Positions 7,591-16,939 of a stretch of 20,257 nucleotides of DNA are shown piece by piece. Numbering within the stretch: position 1 is the stretch's first letter; every line of letters starts with the position of its first letter. This DNA comes from Candidatus Tenderia sp. (GTDB taxonomy: Bacteria; Pseudomonadota; Gammaproteobacteria; Tenderiales; Tenderiaceae), in the NCBI GenBank assembly GCA_031416075.1, contig JANOSY010000084.1, forward strand, positions 1 through 20,257. Direction: 5' to 3'. The position numbers and the translations under genes were made by a program. Under the pieces are notes generated by a model. The model saw nothing but the letters and a program-made list of their open reading frames with translations, made no database searches and was not told the origin of the DNA.

Positions 7591-8682
7591 TTGCAGCACA
7601 AAACCGCTGTTTCTGAGGTGTTGGTGCCGTGCTGCTCGACAGTCAGTGGTGGTATTAGCCCGCAGCAGCTGAACGATCTGTTGCGCGGTGTCTCCCGCAG
7701 CTTCTATCTAACGCTCCGTATATTGCCAACCCCCATCCGTTCGCAGATTGGGTTGGCCTATCTGCTGGCACGGGCGGCGGATACCCTGGCCGATAGCACG
7801 GTTCTGCCTGTGCCGCAGCGGTTGTCGGGGCTGCAGAAACTACAGCAGCAGTTGGCGGGCAGTGTCGATTTTTCAGTGTTGGCAGAGATCGAACCACAGC
7901 TATCGGGACCACTGGAAAATCCTCATGAGGCGCAGCTGCTGCTGCAGTTGCCGCAGCTCTTTGTATTACTGGGGCAGCAGCAGGCGGCGGATAGGGCGCT
8001 GATTGAACAGGTGGTGGCGCGGCTGACCGACGGCATGGTCTATGACTTGACCACGTTTCCGCTGGAGGAGAGCGGTGAAGTCACGGCACTGGCAGAGTGG
8101 GATGCGCTTGACCACTACACCTATATGGTGGCGGGCTGTGTGGGTGAGTTCTGGACCGCCATGAGCATTGACCATCTGCCACCGCTGCGCCACTGGCACC
8201 GCCAGCACTATTCGCAGCTGGGTATCCGTTTTGGTAAGGGGTTGCAGCTCACCAATATTTTGCGTGATTTGCCACGAGACCTGCGTTTAGGGCGCTGTTA
8301 TCTGCCCGCCTCATGGTTGCAGCAGCATGGTTTGAGTCTGCCAATGTTGCTGGAGAGCCGTAATAGCCGGGCGGCAAAGCCGCTGCTAAACGCGGGTATA
8401 ACCCAGGCGTTAGCTCACTTTGCCGCGGCGGAGCAGTACATCATCGCCATACCGCGCCGCTGTATCCGGCTGCGGCTGGCGGCACTCTGGCCGCTGCTGA
8501 TCGGTCTGGCGACGCTGGAGCGGCTGTCTGCCAGTAGTGATGAGTGGCTGGATGTGGCCCACTTGGCGAAGGTGAAACGTCAATGGGTCTACCGGATGTT
8601 GCTGCTGTCGCTCTGCTGCGTAGCATCTAACCGATTGATACAACGCTGGTTAAAACAGTGGGTGGAAAAAATAGAGGGGTGA
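7591..8682 (+). CDS. Squalene/phytoene synthase family protein (start uncertain, possibly GTG 7618)
   Basis: VSRSFYL, YLLARAADTLAD, YTYMVAGCVGEFWT and GLQLTNILRDLPRDLRLGRCYLP. Confidence 0.9.
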   Translation: MQHKTAVSEVLVPCCSTVSGGISPQQLNDLLRGVSRSFYLTLRILPTPIRSQIGLAYLLARAADTLADSTVLPVPQRLSGLQKLQQQLAGSVDFSVLAEIEPQLSGPLENPHEAQLLLQLPQLFVLLGQQQAADRALIEQVVARLTDGMVYDLTTFPLEESGEVTALAEWDALDHYTYMVAGCVGEFWTAMSIDHLPPLRHWHRQHYSQLGIRFGKGLQLTNILRDLPRDLRLGRCYLPASWLQQHGLSLPMLLESRNSRAAKPLLNAGITQALAHFAAAEQYIIAIPRRCIRLRLAALWPLLIGLATLERLSASSDEWLDVAHLAKVKRQWVYRMLLLSLCCVASNRLIQRWLKQWVEKIEG

Positions 8683-8709
8683 GTTGATCTGTTTGCGGGC
8701 CATGCCCGG

Positions 8710-8744
8710 TTATCAACATTTCCTGTGGATAACTGTGTGAATGA
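8710..8744. promoter_or_regulatory. Cluster of three DnaA boxes (DARS-like core)
   Basis: TTATCAACA (8710-8718, 1 mismatch), a 5-bp spacer, TGTGGATAA (8724-8732, perfect reverse box), a 3-bp spacer, and TGTGAATGA (8736-8744, reverse, 1 mismatch to TTATNCACA). Confidence 0.75.
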
Positions 8745-8829
8745 GTTAGGAGCAGTGGTTGGCAGCCCTGTTGTGGCAAGTGATTAAGGAGGCTGCTGTT
8801 TTTTTGCTCACCTCTGATCCTTTTTTAAA

Positions 8830-8842
8830 AATCAATAGGTTG
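8830..8842 (+). promoter_or_regulatory. IHF-binding site
   Basis: AATCAA-TAGG-TTG is an exact match to WATCAANNNNTTR, preceded by an A/T tract (TTTTTTAAA). Confidence 0.65.
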
Positions 8843-8974
8843 CAACTGATTTTCAGGCGTGATCAACAGTGGTGGTGGATTGGCAGGGAGGTTTTTAAAA
8901 CCACCGTTGCTGTTTATGTGGGTAAAATGCGGGCCTTGGGACACATGGTTGGCTGATGGCTGAGAGAGGGTACT

Positions 8975-9781
8975 TTGTTGGGTAAGATTATCGGTGCAGT
9001 GATTGGTTATATGAGTGGCGGCTTTACCGGTCTATTGATTGGCCTGTTTTTGGGCCACCAGTTTGATCGTCACCTGCCGCTCTGGGCGGTTAAGTTTTTA
9101 AACAAGGTGCTGGCAAAACACCACATTGAGGTGCAGCGCGCCTTTTTTGAAGCCACCTTCTCGGTGATGGGCCATCTGGCCAAGGCAGATGGCCAGGTGT
9201 CGGAGCAGGAGATCCATCTGGCACGCCAGGTGATGGCGCGGATGCAGTTGAGTGAAGCGGCGCAGCGCGAAGCCATCATTCTGTTTGGCCGTGGTAAAGA
9301 GCCCGACTTTGATTTGGATGCAATGTTGCAGCGATTGCATCGCGCAACCCAGCGCCGTCGTGAATTGATCCAGGTCTTTCTTGAGATCCAGCTCAGTGCT
9401 GGTTACGCCGATGGCGATCTTAAACCTGCCGAACGTGAGGTCCTGCTGAAGATCTTCGCCACACTCGGCTTTAGTGCAACGGAGTTTGAACGCATCGATG
9501 CCACGATTCGTGCCGAACTCCACAACCGACAATCCGGTGGTTCAGCGGCGGGACGTACCCGGGGCATGTCCGTGGTGGATGCCTACGCTATCCTGGGTAT
9601 TAACGAAAGCGCCACCGATGCCGAGGTGAAAAAGGCCTATCGCCGTCTCACCAGCCAACACCACCCCGACAAACTGGCCGCCAGTGGGCTGCCGCCCGAG
9701 ATGATGAAGATGGCGGCGGAGAAGACCCATGAGATCCGCACCGCGTATGAACGGATTCGCGAAGTGCGCGGTTTTAAGTGA
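8975..9781 (+). CDS. djlA: Co-chaperone DjlA
   Basis: N-terminal GKIIG..G TM anchor, TerB-like region (FSVMGHLAKADGQVSEQEI), and a C-terminal J domain with HHPDKL. Confidence 0.95.
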   Translation: MLGKIIGAVIGYMSGGFTGLLIGLFLGHQFDRHLPLWAVKFLNKVLAKHHIEVQRAFFEATFSVMGHLAKADGQVSEQEIHLARQVMARMQLSEAAQREAIILFGRGKEPDFDLDAMLQRLHRATQRRRELIQVFLEIQLSAGYADGDLKPAEREVLLKIFATLGFSATEFERIDATIRAELHNRQSGGSAAGRTRGMSVVDAYAILGINESATDAEVKKAYRRLTSQHHPDKLAASGLPPEMMKMAAEKTHEIRTAYERIREVRGFK

Positions 9782-9811
9782 TCTGGTTCTTCCCTGTTTG
9801 AGGTCTAGCCC

Positions 9812-12673
9812 ATGAATCTCCTGACTCGCTTCTCCCAACGCTGGCTTAAAGCGCTGTTGATTGTGGCAGGCCTCTTTGTTTTTTATGTCGCCTTTGGCTT
9901 TCTGCTGTTGCCACACTTGATTCACAATACTTTGACCGAAACGTTGGCGGATGTGACCCATCGCCCGGTGCAGTTAACAGAGCTGAAGATCAATCCGTTG
10001 GCCCTTTCAGCCACACTGAGTGGGCTTGAGATTGGTACGACGGAGCAGCCGCTGGCCCGTTTTGAAGAGATCCGTGTCAACCTTTCCAGTAGCTCACTTT
10101 GGCGCGGTGCGTATGTCTTTAGTGCCATTCGTCTCCAGGCGCCGCAGCTTGTTATTGCCATTGATCGTGACGGGCGCCTCAATTTTCAGGAGATGATCGC
10201 TGCTGATGCGGGCGAGAAAAAGAGTCCGCCGCCAGTGGTGGTGGTGCAATCCCTCGAGGTGCTGCGTGCTGCCGTTGACTTCGACGATCAGTCACGGCCA
10301 GAGCCATTCCACACCAATATCGCCAGCCTCGATTTTACGCTGCGCGACTTCACCACCCGCCGTGACGTGGCCGGCAATTACACCCTTCATGCCGCCACCA
10401 ACCTGGGTGAGAGACTCGACTGGCAAGGGACGGTGCAGACCACGCCGTTCCGTTCCGAGGGCAAGCTGCAACTGGGCGCCATTCGTGCCGAGACGCTCTG
10501 GAGCTGGCTCGGCACGGACTACAAGTTTACTCTTGAGCATGGTCTGCTTGATCTCAATGCCCATTATCGGGTTGATCTCGGTGGTACTGAAACGCAGTTC
10601 CAGCTGGATGATCTCAACGTGGCGCTCCGCGACCTGCAATTGCTGCGTCGTGGCGCACCGGCAGATCCGGTCATGGTGCTGCCTCACCTTGGTGTGGCAG
10701 GGCTCAGTCTGGATCTGGCGCGGCGTGCTGTGACCATTAATGATCTCACCCTTAAAAAAATGCAGTTGCAGCTGGTGCGCGAGGCCGATGGTCAGATCGA
10801 TTTGCAAGCGCTGTTTGCCAAGGCGCCGCAAGCGGACGAGGAGCAGGGCAAGCCGTGGCAGGTAAAGGTGGTGAGTACGCAGCTGCAAAGTGCTGCCCTT
10901 CAGGTGGAGGATCGCGCCACCCAACCCACGGCGCAGTGGCAGTTGAGCCCATTCAACCTGGCGCTGCATAACATCGAACTCGGCACGGATAAACCAATCG
11001 ATCTGCAACTGGATACCAGCATCAATGACGGTGGCAGTGCCTCGTTGAATGGAGTGGTGATACTCGAACCGCTGAGTGCCAACCTGGATATGAAGTTGAG
11101 CGGAGTTGATCTGACAGCCACACAACCTTATGTGCAAAGCGCGGTTCAGCTGCAACTGCGTCGTGGCCTGCTCGATGTTGAGGGCAAGCTGCTGTATGAA
11201 ACGGGTGTGCCGGAATCGGCGACCCACTTCAGTGGCAATGTCGCGGTACGGCAGTTACAGACGGTCGATACGCTACGCAGTGAAGAGTTTCTGCGCTGGG
11301 AACAGCTCGGCGCTCAAGAGTTGAAGTACGATAGCCGCAGCGCGCGTCTCTCGATTGCAGAGCTGCAGTTGGCCGATCCCTATCTGCGTTTTATAATCGC
11401 CCCCGATACCAGCACTAATCTCAGCAAGATTCTGGCGGCCCCCGCCAACGCTGTTCCTGCAACGACAACTCCTGTAGCCACTGCTCAGGTCGCAGAGTCC
11501 AAGGCAACAACACTGATTACAATCGACCGGGTGCGGGTGGCCAATGGCGTGCTCAACTTCAGTGATCAGTCGATCAAGCCCGGCTTTACCACCAGCATTC
11601 AACAGCTCAATGGCACAATTAGCGGTCTCTCATCAAAGGATCTGGAACGTGCCGATGTCGACCTCAAGGGCAAGGTTGACCGCTACGCCCCTGCCACCAT
11701 CACTGGCAAGATCAATCCGCTCAGCGAAGACGCCTATACCGATCTGAAATTTAATTTCCGTGGCATTGAGATGTCCTCGTTTTCATCCTATTCCGGCAAG
11801 TTTGCCGGGTACAAAATTGACAAGGGTAAACTCAATGTTGAGTTGAAGTACCTGCTGTCAAAGAAGGAGTTAAAGGGGGAGAACAAGATCGTCATCGATC
11901 AACTCCAGCTCGGTGAAACGGTAGAGAGTCCCGACGCCATCGGATTGCCGGTGCGGTTGGCCGTCGCCATCCTGAAAGATGCCAATGGCGTGATCGATCT
12001 TGATCTGCCGGTGAGCGGCCGCATTGATGACCCCGATTTTCACTACGGCCATATCGTCTGGATGGCGATTAAAAATGTGCTTATCAAGGTGGCGACTGCA
12101 CCGTTCAAGGCATTGGCGTCGCTGATGGGCGGCAGTGAGGAGGGGGCCAATCAGGTCAGTTTTGTTACCGGTACGGCAACGCTGAGTGCTACTGAATTGG
12201 AGAAACTTGGCAAGCTGGCGCGGGCGTTGTCACAACGTTCAGCCCTGATGTTGGAGCTGCGTGGCAGCGCCAGCGCGGCAGATGCCAGCGCCATTGCGGC
12301 GGCGGCGCTGGATCAGCGTTTAACGATACAGCCGGGGGCGTCACGCCAGCAGAAGCTCAACGCCCTTTTTCTCAAACTCAATGGCAAAGCGGCTGAAACA
12401 CTACTGCCGCCACTCGCTGAGGGTGAACAGCGCACACCGGAACAGCTTCAGGTGCAAGCTGCGGTAGCCGCAGAGACGGCGTTACTGCAGGCGATGGTAG
12501 TAAGCGAGGAGGAGTTGCGTGCCCTGGCGCAGGAGCGCGCCCAGGTCATTATTGCTGCGCTGAATGAGGGGCAAGATAAGATTGCCCTGGAGCGTATCTT
12601 TCAGTTGGATATCAACACCAAGGCTGAGCCAGGTGACACAGTGGTGGTGCCGTTGTCGCTTCAGGCACGCTGA
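9812..12673 (+). CDS. DUF748 domain (AsmA-like) envelope protein with an OmpA-like C-terminal region
   Basis: N-terminal TM, repeated beta-rich units (F.D..ph.....l), YSGKFAGYKIDKGKL, LPVRLAVAILKDANGVIDLDLPVSG and ATAPFKAL. Confidence 0.85.
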   Translation: MNLLTRFSQRWLKALLIVAGLFVFYVAFGFLLLPHLIHNTLTETLADVTHRPVQLTELKINPLALSATLSGLEIGTTEQPLARFEEIRVNLSSSSLWRGAYVFSAIRLQAPQLVIAIDRDGRLNFQEMIAADAGEKKSPPPVVVVQSLEVLRAAVDFDDQSRPEPFHTNIASLDFTLRDFTTRRDVAGNYTLHAATNLGERLDWQGTVQTTPFRSEGKLQLGAIRAETLWSWLGTDYKFTLEHGLLDLNAHYRVDLGGTETQFQLDDLNVALRDLQLLRRGAPADPVMVLPHLGVAGLSLDLARRAVTINDLTLKKMQLQLVREADGQIDLQALFAKAPQADEEQGKPWQVKVVSTQLQSAALQVEDRATQPTAQWQLSPFNLALHNIELGTDKPIDLQLDTSINDGGSASLNGVVILEPLSANLDMKLSGVDLTATQPYVQSAVQLQLRRGLLDVEGKLLYETGVPESATHFSGNVAVRQLQTVDTLRSEEFLRWEQLGAQELKYDSRSARLSIAELQLADPYLRFIIAPDTSTNLSKILAAPANAVPATTTPVATAQVAESKATTLITIDRVRVANGVLNFSDQSIKPGFTTSIQQLNGTISGLSSKDLERADVDLKGKVDRYAPATITGKINPLSEDAYTDLKFNFRGIEMSSFSSYSGKFAGYKIDKGKLNVELKYLLSKKELKGENKIVIDQLQLGETVESPDAIGLPVRLAVAILKDANGVIDLDLPVSGRIDDPDFHYGHIVWMAIKNVLIKVATAPFKALASLMGGSEEGANQVSFVTGTATLSATELEKLGKLARALSQRSALMLELRGSASAADASAIAAAALDQRLTIQPGASRQQKLNALFLKLNGKAAETLLPPLAEGEQRTPEQLQVQAAVAAETALLQAMVVSEEELRALAQERAQVIIAALNEGQDKIALERIFQLDINTKAEPGDTVVVPLSLQAR

Positions 12674-12707
12674 TGTTGATTGCTTAAAACTATTCTCAAA
12701 CTGGCTA

Positions 12708-14870
12708 TCAGGTGAGGATGTTGTTAATGCTGGGGAGTGGCAGGTCAAGATAGAGACACGCGCCACTGCTGGATGAGGTGAAACCTACCTGGCCGCCAAA
12801 ACGTTCAATAATGGTTTTGACAATGGAGAGACCAAGGCCGGTGCCGCCTTTTTGGCGAGCATCGGAGGAGTCGGCCTGGGCAAACTTCTGGAAGATACGA
12901 TCATGGAAATCTTGCGGAATTCCAGGGCCCTGATCCTGCACTGAGATCCGCAGATGGTCCCCGTTTTGCTGGCAGGCAATAGTCACGGCGCAACCGTTGG
13001 GGGAAAATTTGATGGCATTTGATATCAGATTTGTCATCACTTGCTGGAATCTGTCCGCATCTACGCGGATCTGTACATCAGGGCATTCGCTGATGGTGAG
13101 TGTGATTTTGGCGTCTGTCGCAATGGTGGCGTTATGCTCGACGGCCTGTTGTAACAGAGTGGTAAGCCGGTGGTTACGGAAATCAAACTGCATCTGGCCC
13201 GATTCCATTTTTTCGATATCAAGAATGTCGTTGATGAGTCGGGTGAGGCGATCGCAGTTGCGGGCTGCTGTAGTTAGCAGCGTGTGAATTTTCTCGTTGA
13301 TTTCACCGACCACTCCACCTGTTACCAGCCCTAACGCGCCGCGAATGGAGGTGAGTGGAGTGCGCAGCTCGTGGCTGACGGTGGAGATGAACTCGTTTTT
13401 CATGCGGTCGATACGCTTACGTTCGGTAATGTCCCGCACGATGGTGGTGGCGTAGCGCTGTTCTCCCACACTCCAGCCAGCAATCGAGAGCTCTAGGGGA
13501 ATGGTTGTGCCATCCTTACGCAAACTCTCAATCTCTATCGGGACAGTATTGCCATCGACGACAGCTTTTTTTAATGCGGTGCTAACGCTGTCGCCAGAGA
13601 GCTTGTGGCTGAATAGTTGCGCCAAGCCTGTGCCCAACAGCTGCTTCTGGCTATAGCCTAAAATCTCCTCTGCGGCACGGTTGCAGTAACTGATTTTACC
13701 GCTGGCGCTGCTGGTGATGATGCCATCATGGGCGGTGTCAGCAATGGTCTTGAAGTGCAGCTCTTGCTCACGCAGCTGATCCATGCGTTCATCGGCCAAT
13801 TGGTTGGCACGGTGACGCAGGCGTGAGAGTGAAATAATGGTGTAAAAGAGCAGCAGATCGATGGCGATACCACCGATCGCAACGATGAGCGGTTGGTTGG
13901 TGGTTGTAGCAAGTTCTAATGCCGGAGTGGATGAGTAGTAGATCGTCCAGGTATGGTTGGCGATGGTGAATGTATGGCTCTGTGTAAGGCGGTGTGCATT
14001 GGCATGTGGATGTGAGTGTTCGTTATTGCCGAGTGCTGCACTGTCGTAAAGCAGTGTTTGGGCATCTTTTTCGTTGCCATCATAGATCTCAAAATTCAGC
14101 TCAGGTGAACTCGGACCGAGTATTCCCCGCATCAGATCACCAATACGAAAAGGGCTGTAGACAAAACCTCGCAACGCCTCGCGGCGCGCCTCTTTCTGAG
14201 TGACGGGTTTACTGTAAAGGGGTAGATACATGAGAAATCCGGCTTGAATATCAGTTGTTGTCTCTTGTAAAAGTTTGACATTGCCAGAAATGGAGGCTTC
14301 ACCGCTGTCGCGGGCGAGATCCATGGCGGCACGGCGGGTGGGTTCTGAATACATGTCGTACCCAAAGGCGCGCCGATTACGAGTGTCAAAGGGTTCGAGA
14401 TAGAGGATGGTGGTGTAGTGGTCTCGCTCTCCGGCTGGTTTGATGGCGAACTCCGGAAAGCCTTCATCGCGGACGCTCTGTTCTACAGAGGCCTTCTCCT
14501 TAGGATCGATCCATTGGGCGTAGCCAATGCCTTGGATGCCGGGATAATTTTTGTCCAGCTCGAGTGTCTTGACGTAGGTATGCCACATACTGCGATCAAC
14601 ATGCTGTGTCGACTCAAACAGTGCCAGCCCGCCACGTAATACTTGTTGGTAGTCGATCATCCTTTTTTCAATGGCAAGTTGTGCTTCATTCACTTTGAAC
14701 TTAAAGCGTTCTAGGGTTCGTTGTTCAGCGCTATCGTTGGATATCTTCCAGGCAATAAGTGTTATGGCGAGTAATATCAGTAGTATTGCCCAGGCGGTGA
14801 AGCGATTGCGCAGTATGTCTGCCAAGAGGGTGTTTACTTTGCCAGTGGTGGACTTTTGATCCTGCTGCAT
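12708..14870 (-). CDS. Sensor histidine kinase (TM-CHASE-TM-PAS-HisKA-HATPase)
   Basis: CHASE motifs (YPGIQGIGY, YLEP..RNRRAFGYDMYSEPTRR), PAS-PAC, H-box VSHELRTPL, N-box NLISNAIKFS, and G-boxes DQGPGI and GGTGLGL. Confidence 0.93.
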   Translation of the reverse strand: MQQDQKSTTGKVNTLLADILRNRFTAWAILLILLAITLIAWKISNDSAEQRTLERFKFKVNEAQLAIEKRMIDYQQVLRGGLALFESTQHVDRSMWHTYVKTLELDKNYPGIQGIGYAQWIDPKEKASVEQSVRDEGFPEFAIKPAGERDHYTTILYLEPFDTRNRRAFGYDMYSEPTRRAAMDLARDSGEASISGNVKLLQETTTDIQAGFLMYLPLYSKPVTQKEARREALRGFVYSPFRIGDLMRGILGPSSPELNFEIYDGNEKDAQTLLYDSAALGNNEHSHPHANAHRLTQSHTFTIANHTWTIYYSSTPALELATTTNQPLIVAIGGIAIDLLLFYTIISLSRLRHRANQLADERMDQLREQELHFKTIADTAHDGIITSSASGKISYCNRAAEEILGYSQKQLLGTGLAQLFSHKLSGDSVSTALKKAVVDGNTVPIEIESLRKDGTTIPLELSIAGWSVGEQRYATTIVRDITERKRIDRMKNEFISTVSHELRTPLTSIRGALGLVTGGVVGEINEKIHTLLTTAARNCDRLTRLINDILDIEKMESGQMQFDFRNHRLTTLLQQAVEHNATIATDAKITLTISECPDVQIRVDADRFQQVMTNLISNAIKFSPNGCAVTIACQQNGDHLRISVQDQGPGIPQDFHDRIFQKFAQADSSDARQKGGTGLGLSIVKTIIERFGGQVGFTSSSSGACLYLDLPLPSINNILT

Positions 14871-14987
14871 TGCCTATGGTTAACCTTGTTTACAAAGCGC
14901 AAGGAGGGAGTAACTTCCACTTTAGCGGCTCTAGGCTATAAATATTTAGCTTATAAGTATTGCGTGAATTGTGAAGGGGAATGATAG

Positions 14988-15020
14988 CTACCCCGACTCA
15001 TTTGTGATGAGACGAGGTAG
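14988..15020 (-). terminator. Imperfect hairpin after the SLC13 gene
   Basis: CTACCCCGACTCAT-TTGTG-ATGAGACGAGGTAG has 2 mismatches and starts 7 nt after the stop codon. The U-tract is weak. Confidence 0.4.
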
Positions 15021-15027
15021 GTCGCAG

Positions 15028-16800
15028 TTATGCTCGTAGCGGATAGATGAGCCAGATAGTGGTGATGGCGGTGATGGCGATGATGATGTTCATCGGCACA
15101 CCCACCTTGACGAAGTCGCTGAAGCGGTAGTTGCCTGGCCCCTGCACCATGAGGTTGGTCTGATAGCCGATCGGCGTGGAGAAACCGGCGGAGGCGGCGA
15201 CCATGATGGCGAAGATAAACGGCTCCGGGTTGAGGTGGGCGCTCTCGGTCATGTCGAGCACGATGGGCAGCATCAGCACCGCAGCGGCGTTGTTGGAGAG
15301 TATCTCGGTCAGGATGTTGACGGTGAGGTAGGTGAGTATCAGGATCATTACCGCCTCGCCGCCGCTGAGGCTGACCACCTGTTCGGCGATCACGGCAGCG
15401 ACGCCGGTGCTCTTCAGCGCCGCCCCCAAAGCAAAGGAGGCGGCGATGGTGACGAGCACCTCGATGTCGAGACTCTTCTGCGCCTGACCAACGGAGCAGC
15501 AGCCAACGATGAGCATGGCCGCCGCTCCCAGCAGCGCAGCATTTAACATGCTGGTGATTTCAAAGGTGGCGAGGGTGATGATGCAGAGCAGGATCCCCCA
15601 AGCCAGATAGGCACGCTGATGGCGCGGCGGTTCACTGTCGAGATCGTTGATCAGCAGAAAATCCTTGTTGTAGCGCTGACGGCTGACAAAGGCGGGGCGC
15701 GCCTCCAGCAGCAGCGTGTCGCCTGCCTGCAACTGGATGCTGCCGAGGTTGCCAACCACACGTTCACCGTTACGAGCGACAGCCAGCACCACCGCACCGT
15801 AACGGCTGCGAAAGTTTGACTCACGAATGGTCTCGCCGATGCAGTCGGAGTGTGGGGAAATTACCGCCTCCACCAACCGCCGTTCGCTCTGGTGATTATT
15901 CAACAGCGGCTCCCCCTCGTGGGTCGAAGGGACCAGGCCGTTGATGCGCAACAGGTCGGAGATCGCCTCGGTATCGCCGGCAAAGACTAGCCGGTCGCCG
16001 CCCTTGAGTATCTCATCGGGCGTAACAGCGGTGAGGATATGCCCCTCGCGCTCGATCTCCACCAGATAGATCCGTTTCAGATTACGTAGCCCCGCCTGCT
16101 GCACGCTCTTGCCCACCAGCGGTCCTTTGTGGGCCACCGCTACCTCGAGCGTGAACTCACGCATTTGGTCGATCAGCGGATCGTTGCGATAGTTGGGCAA
16201 TGCGCGTGGATACCACCAGAGCATGAAGGCGACGCCCACCAGCGCCACCGGCAGGCCGACGGGGGTGATGGAGAAGAGTGAAAAGCCGGGATTGCCGGTG
16301 AGCGCCTGGTACTGGCCGTTGACCACCAGATTGGTGCTGGTGCCGATGAGTGTCAGCATGCCGCCGAGGATCGCGGCGTAACTGAGCGGGATCATCAGCT
16401 TGGAGGGGGCCATGTCGATCTTCTTCGCTAGCGAGTGCACTGCTGGAATCATGGTGGCGACTAGCGGCGTGTTGTTCAGAAAACCGCTCAGCATCGTTAC
16501 CGGGATGACGACACGCGCTTGCGCCTGACGCACGGTCTTGGGGTGGCCCATCAGGTGGTGCACCAGCAGATCGACCCCGCCCGAGGCGTGAATGCCCGCC
16601 GCCACCACAAACATCGCTGCGACTGTAATCAACCCCTCATTACTGAAACCGGCCAGCGCCTGATCCGCCGTGATGATGCCGGTGACGCTGAGGATGGTCA
16701 GTGCCGCCATCAGCACCAGATGCGGTGCCAGCCGCGTAAAGGCCAGCGTGGCCAGGACAGCGAGTATGAGCGCCAGTGAAAACCAACCCTGCCATTCCAT
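15028..16800 (-). CDS. SLC13/DASS-family permease with two TrkA-C (RCK_C) domains
   Basis: GFLNNTP, TLIGTSTNLVV, SNNAAAV and TPIGYQTNLMV motifs, with two central TrkA-C repeats. ATG 16800 (MEWQGW) has RBS GAGGA and is preferred over 16854. Confidence 0.92.
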   Translation of the reverse strand: MEWQGWFSLALILAVLATLAFTRLAPHLVLMAALTILSVTGIITADQALAGFSNEGLITVAAMFVVAAGIHASGGVDLLVHHLMGHPKTVRQAQARVVIPVTMLSGFLNNTPLVATMIPAVHSLAKKIDMAPSKLMIPLSYAAILGGMLTLIGTSTNLVVNGQYQALTGNPGFSLFSITPVGLPVALVGVAFMLWWYPRALPNYRNDPLIDQMREFTLEVAVAHKGPLVGKSVQQAGLRNLKRIYLVEIEREGHILTAVTPDEILKGGDRLVFAGDTEAISDLLRINGLVPSTHEGEPLLNNHQSERRLVEAVISPHSDCIGETIRESNFRSRYGAVVLAVARNGERVVGNLGSIQLQAGDTLLLEARPAFVSRQRYNKDFLLINDLDSEPPRHQRAYLAWGILLCIITLATFEITSMLNAALLGAAAMLIVGCCSVGQAQKSLDIEVLVTIAASFALGAALKSTGVAAVIAEQVVSLSGGEAVMILILTYLTVNILTEILSNNAAAVLMLPIVLDMTESAHLNPEPFIFAIMVAASAGFSTPIGYQTNLMVQGPGNYRFSDFVKVGVPMNIIIAITAITTIWLIYPLRA

Positions 16801-16939
16801 GAATGAAAGTCCTCTTATATGAAGTGCCATGCTGACTCGAATGGTGGACATCATATATATAGTGATTATGGTGTGGTAATTGTTTTTTCAGGAGCGTTAT
16901 TGTTTTTAGGTATAAGGCTGGGCAAGGAGCCTATGTGTC

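Noticed and set aside
8759-8956. 65-aa ORF upstream of djlA
   Set aside because: It has no recognisable motif or clear RBS and overlaps the IHF site and the probable promoter region.
8683-8974. oriC
   Set aside because: There are only three clear DnaA boxes, no DUE-like AT-rich 13-mer repeats, and no dnaA or gidA neighbours. A DARS-like or promoter role fits better.
10292-11227. 311-aa antisense ORF
   Set aside because: It is a shadow of the DUF748 gene with no motifs of its own.
15060-15090. Short GGTGATGGC / GAT repeats
   Set aside because: They only encode the Ile/Ala/Thr-rich last TM helix of the permease.
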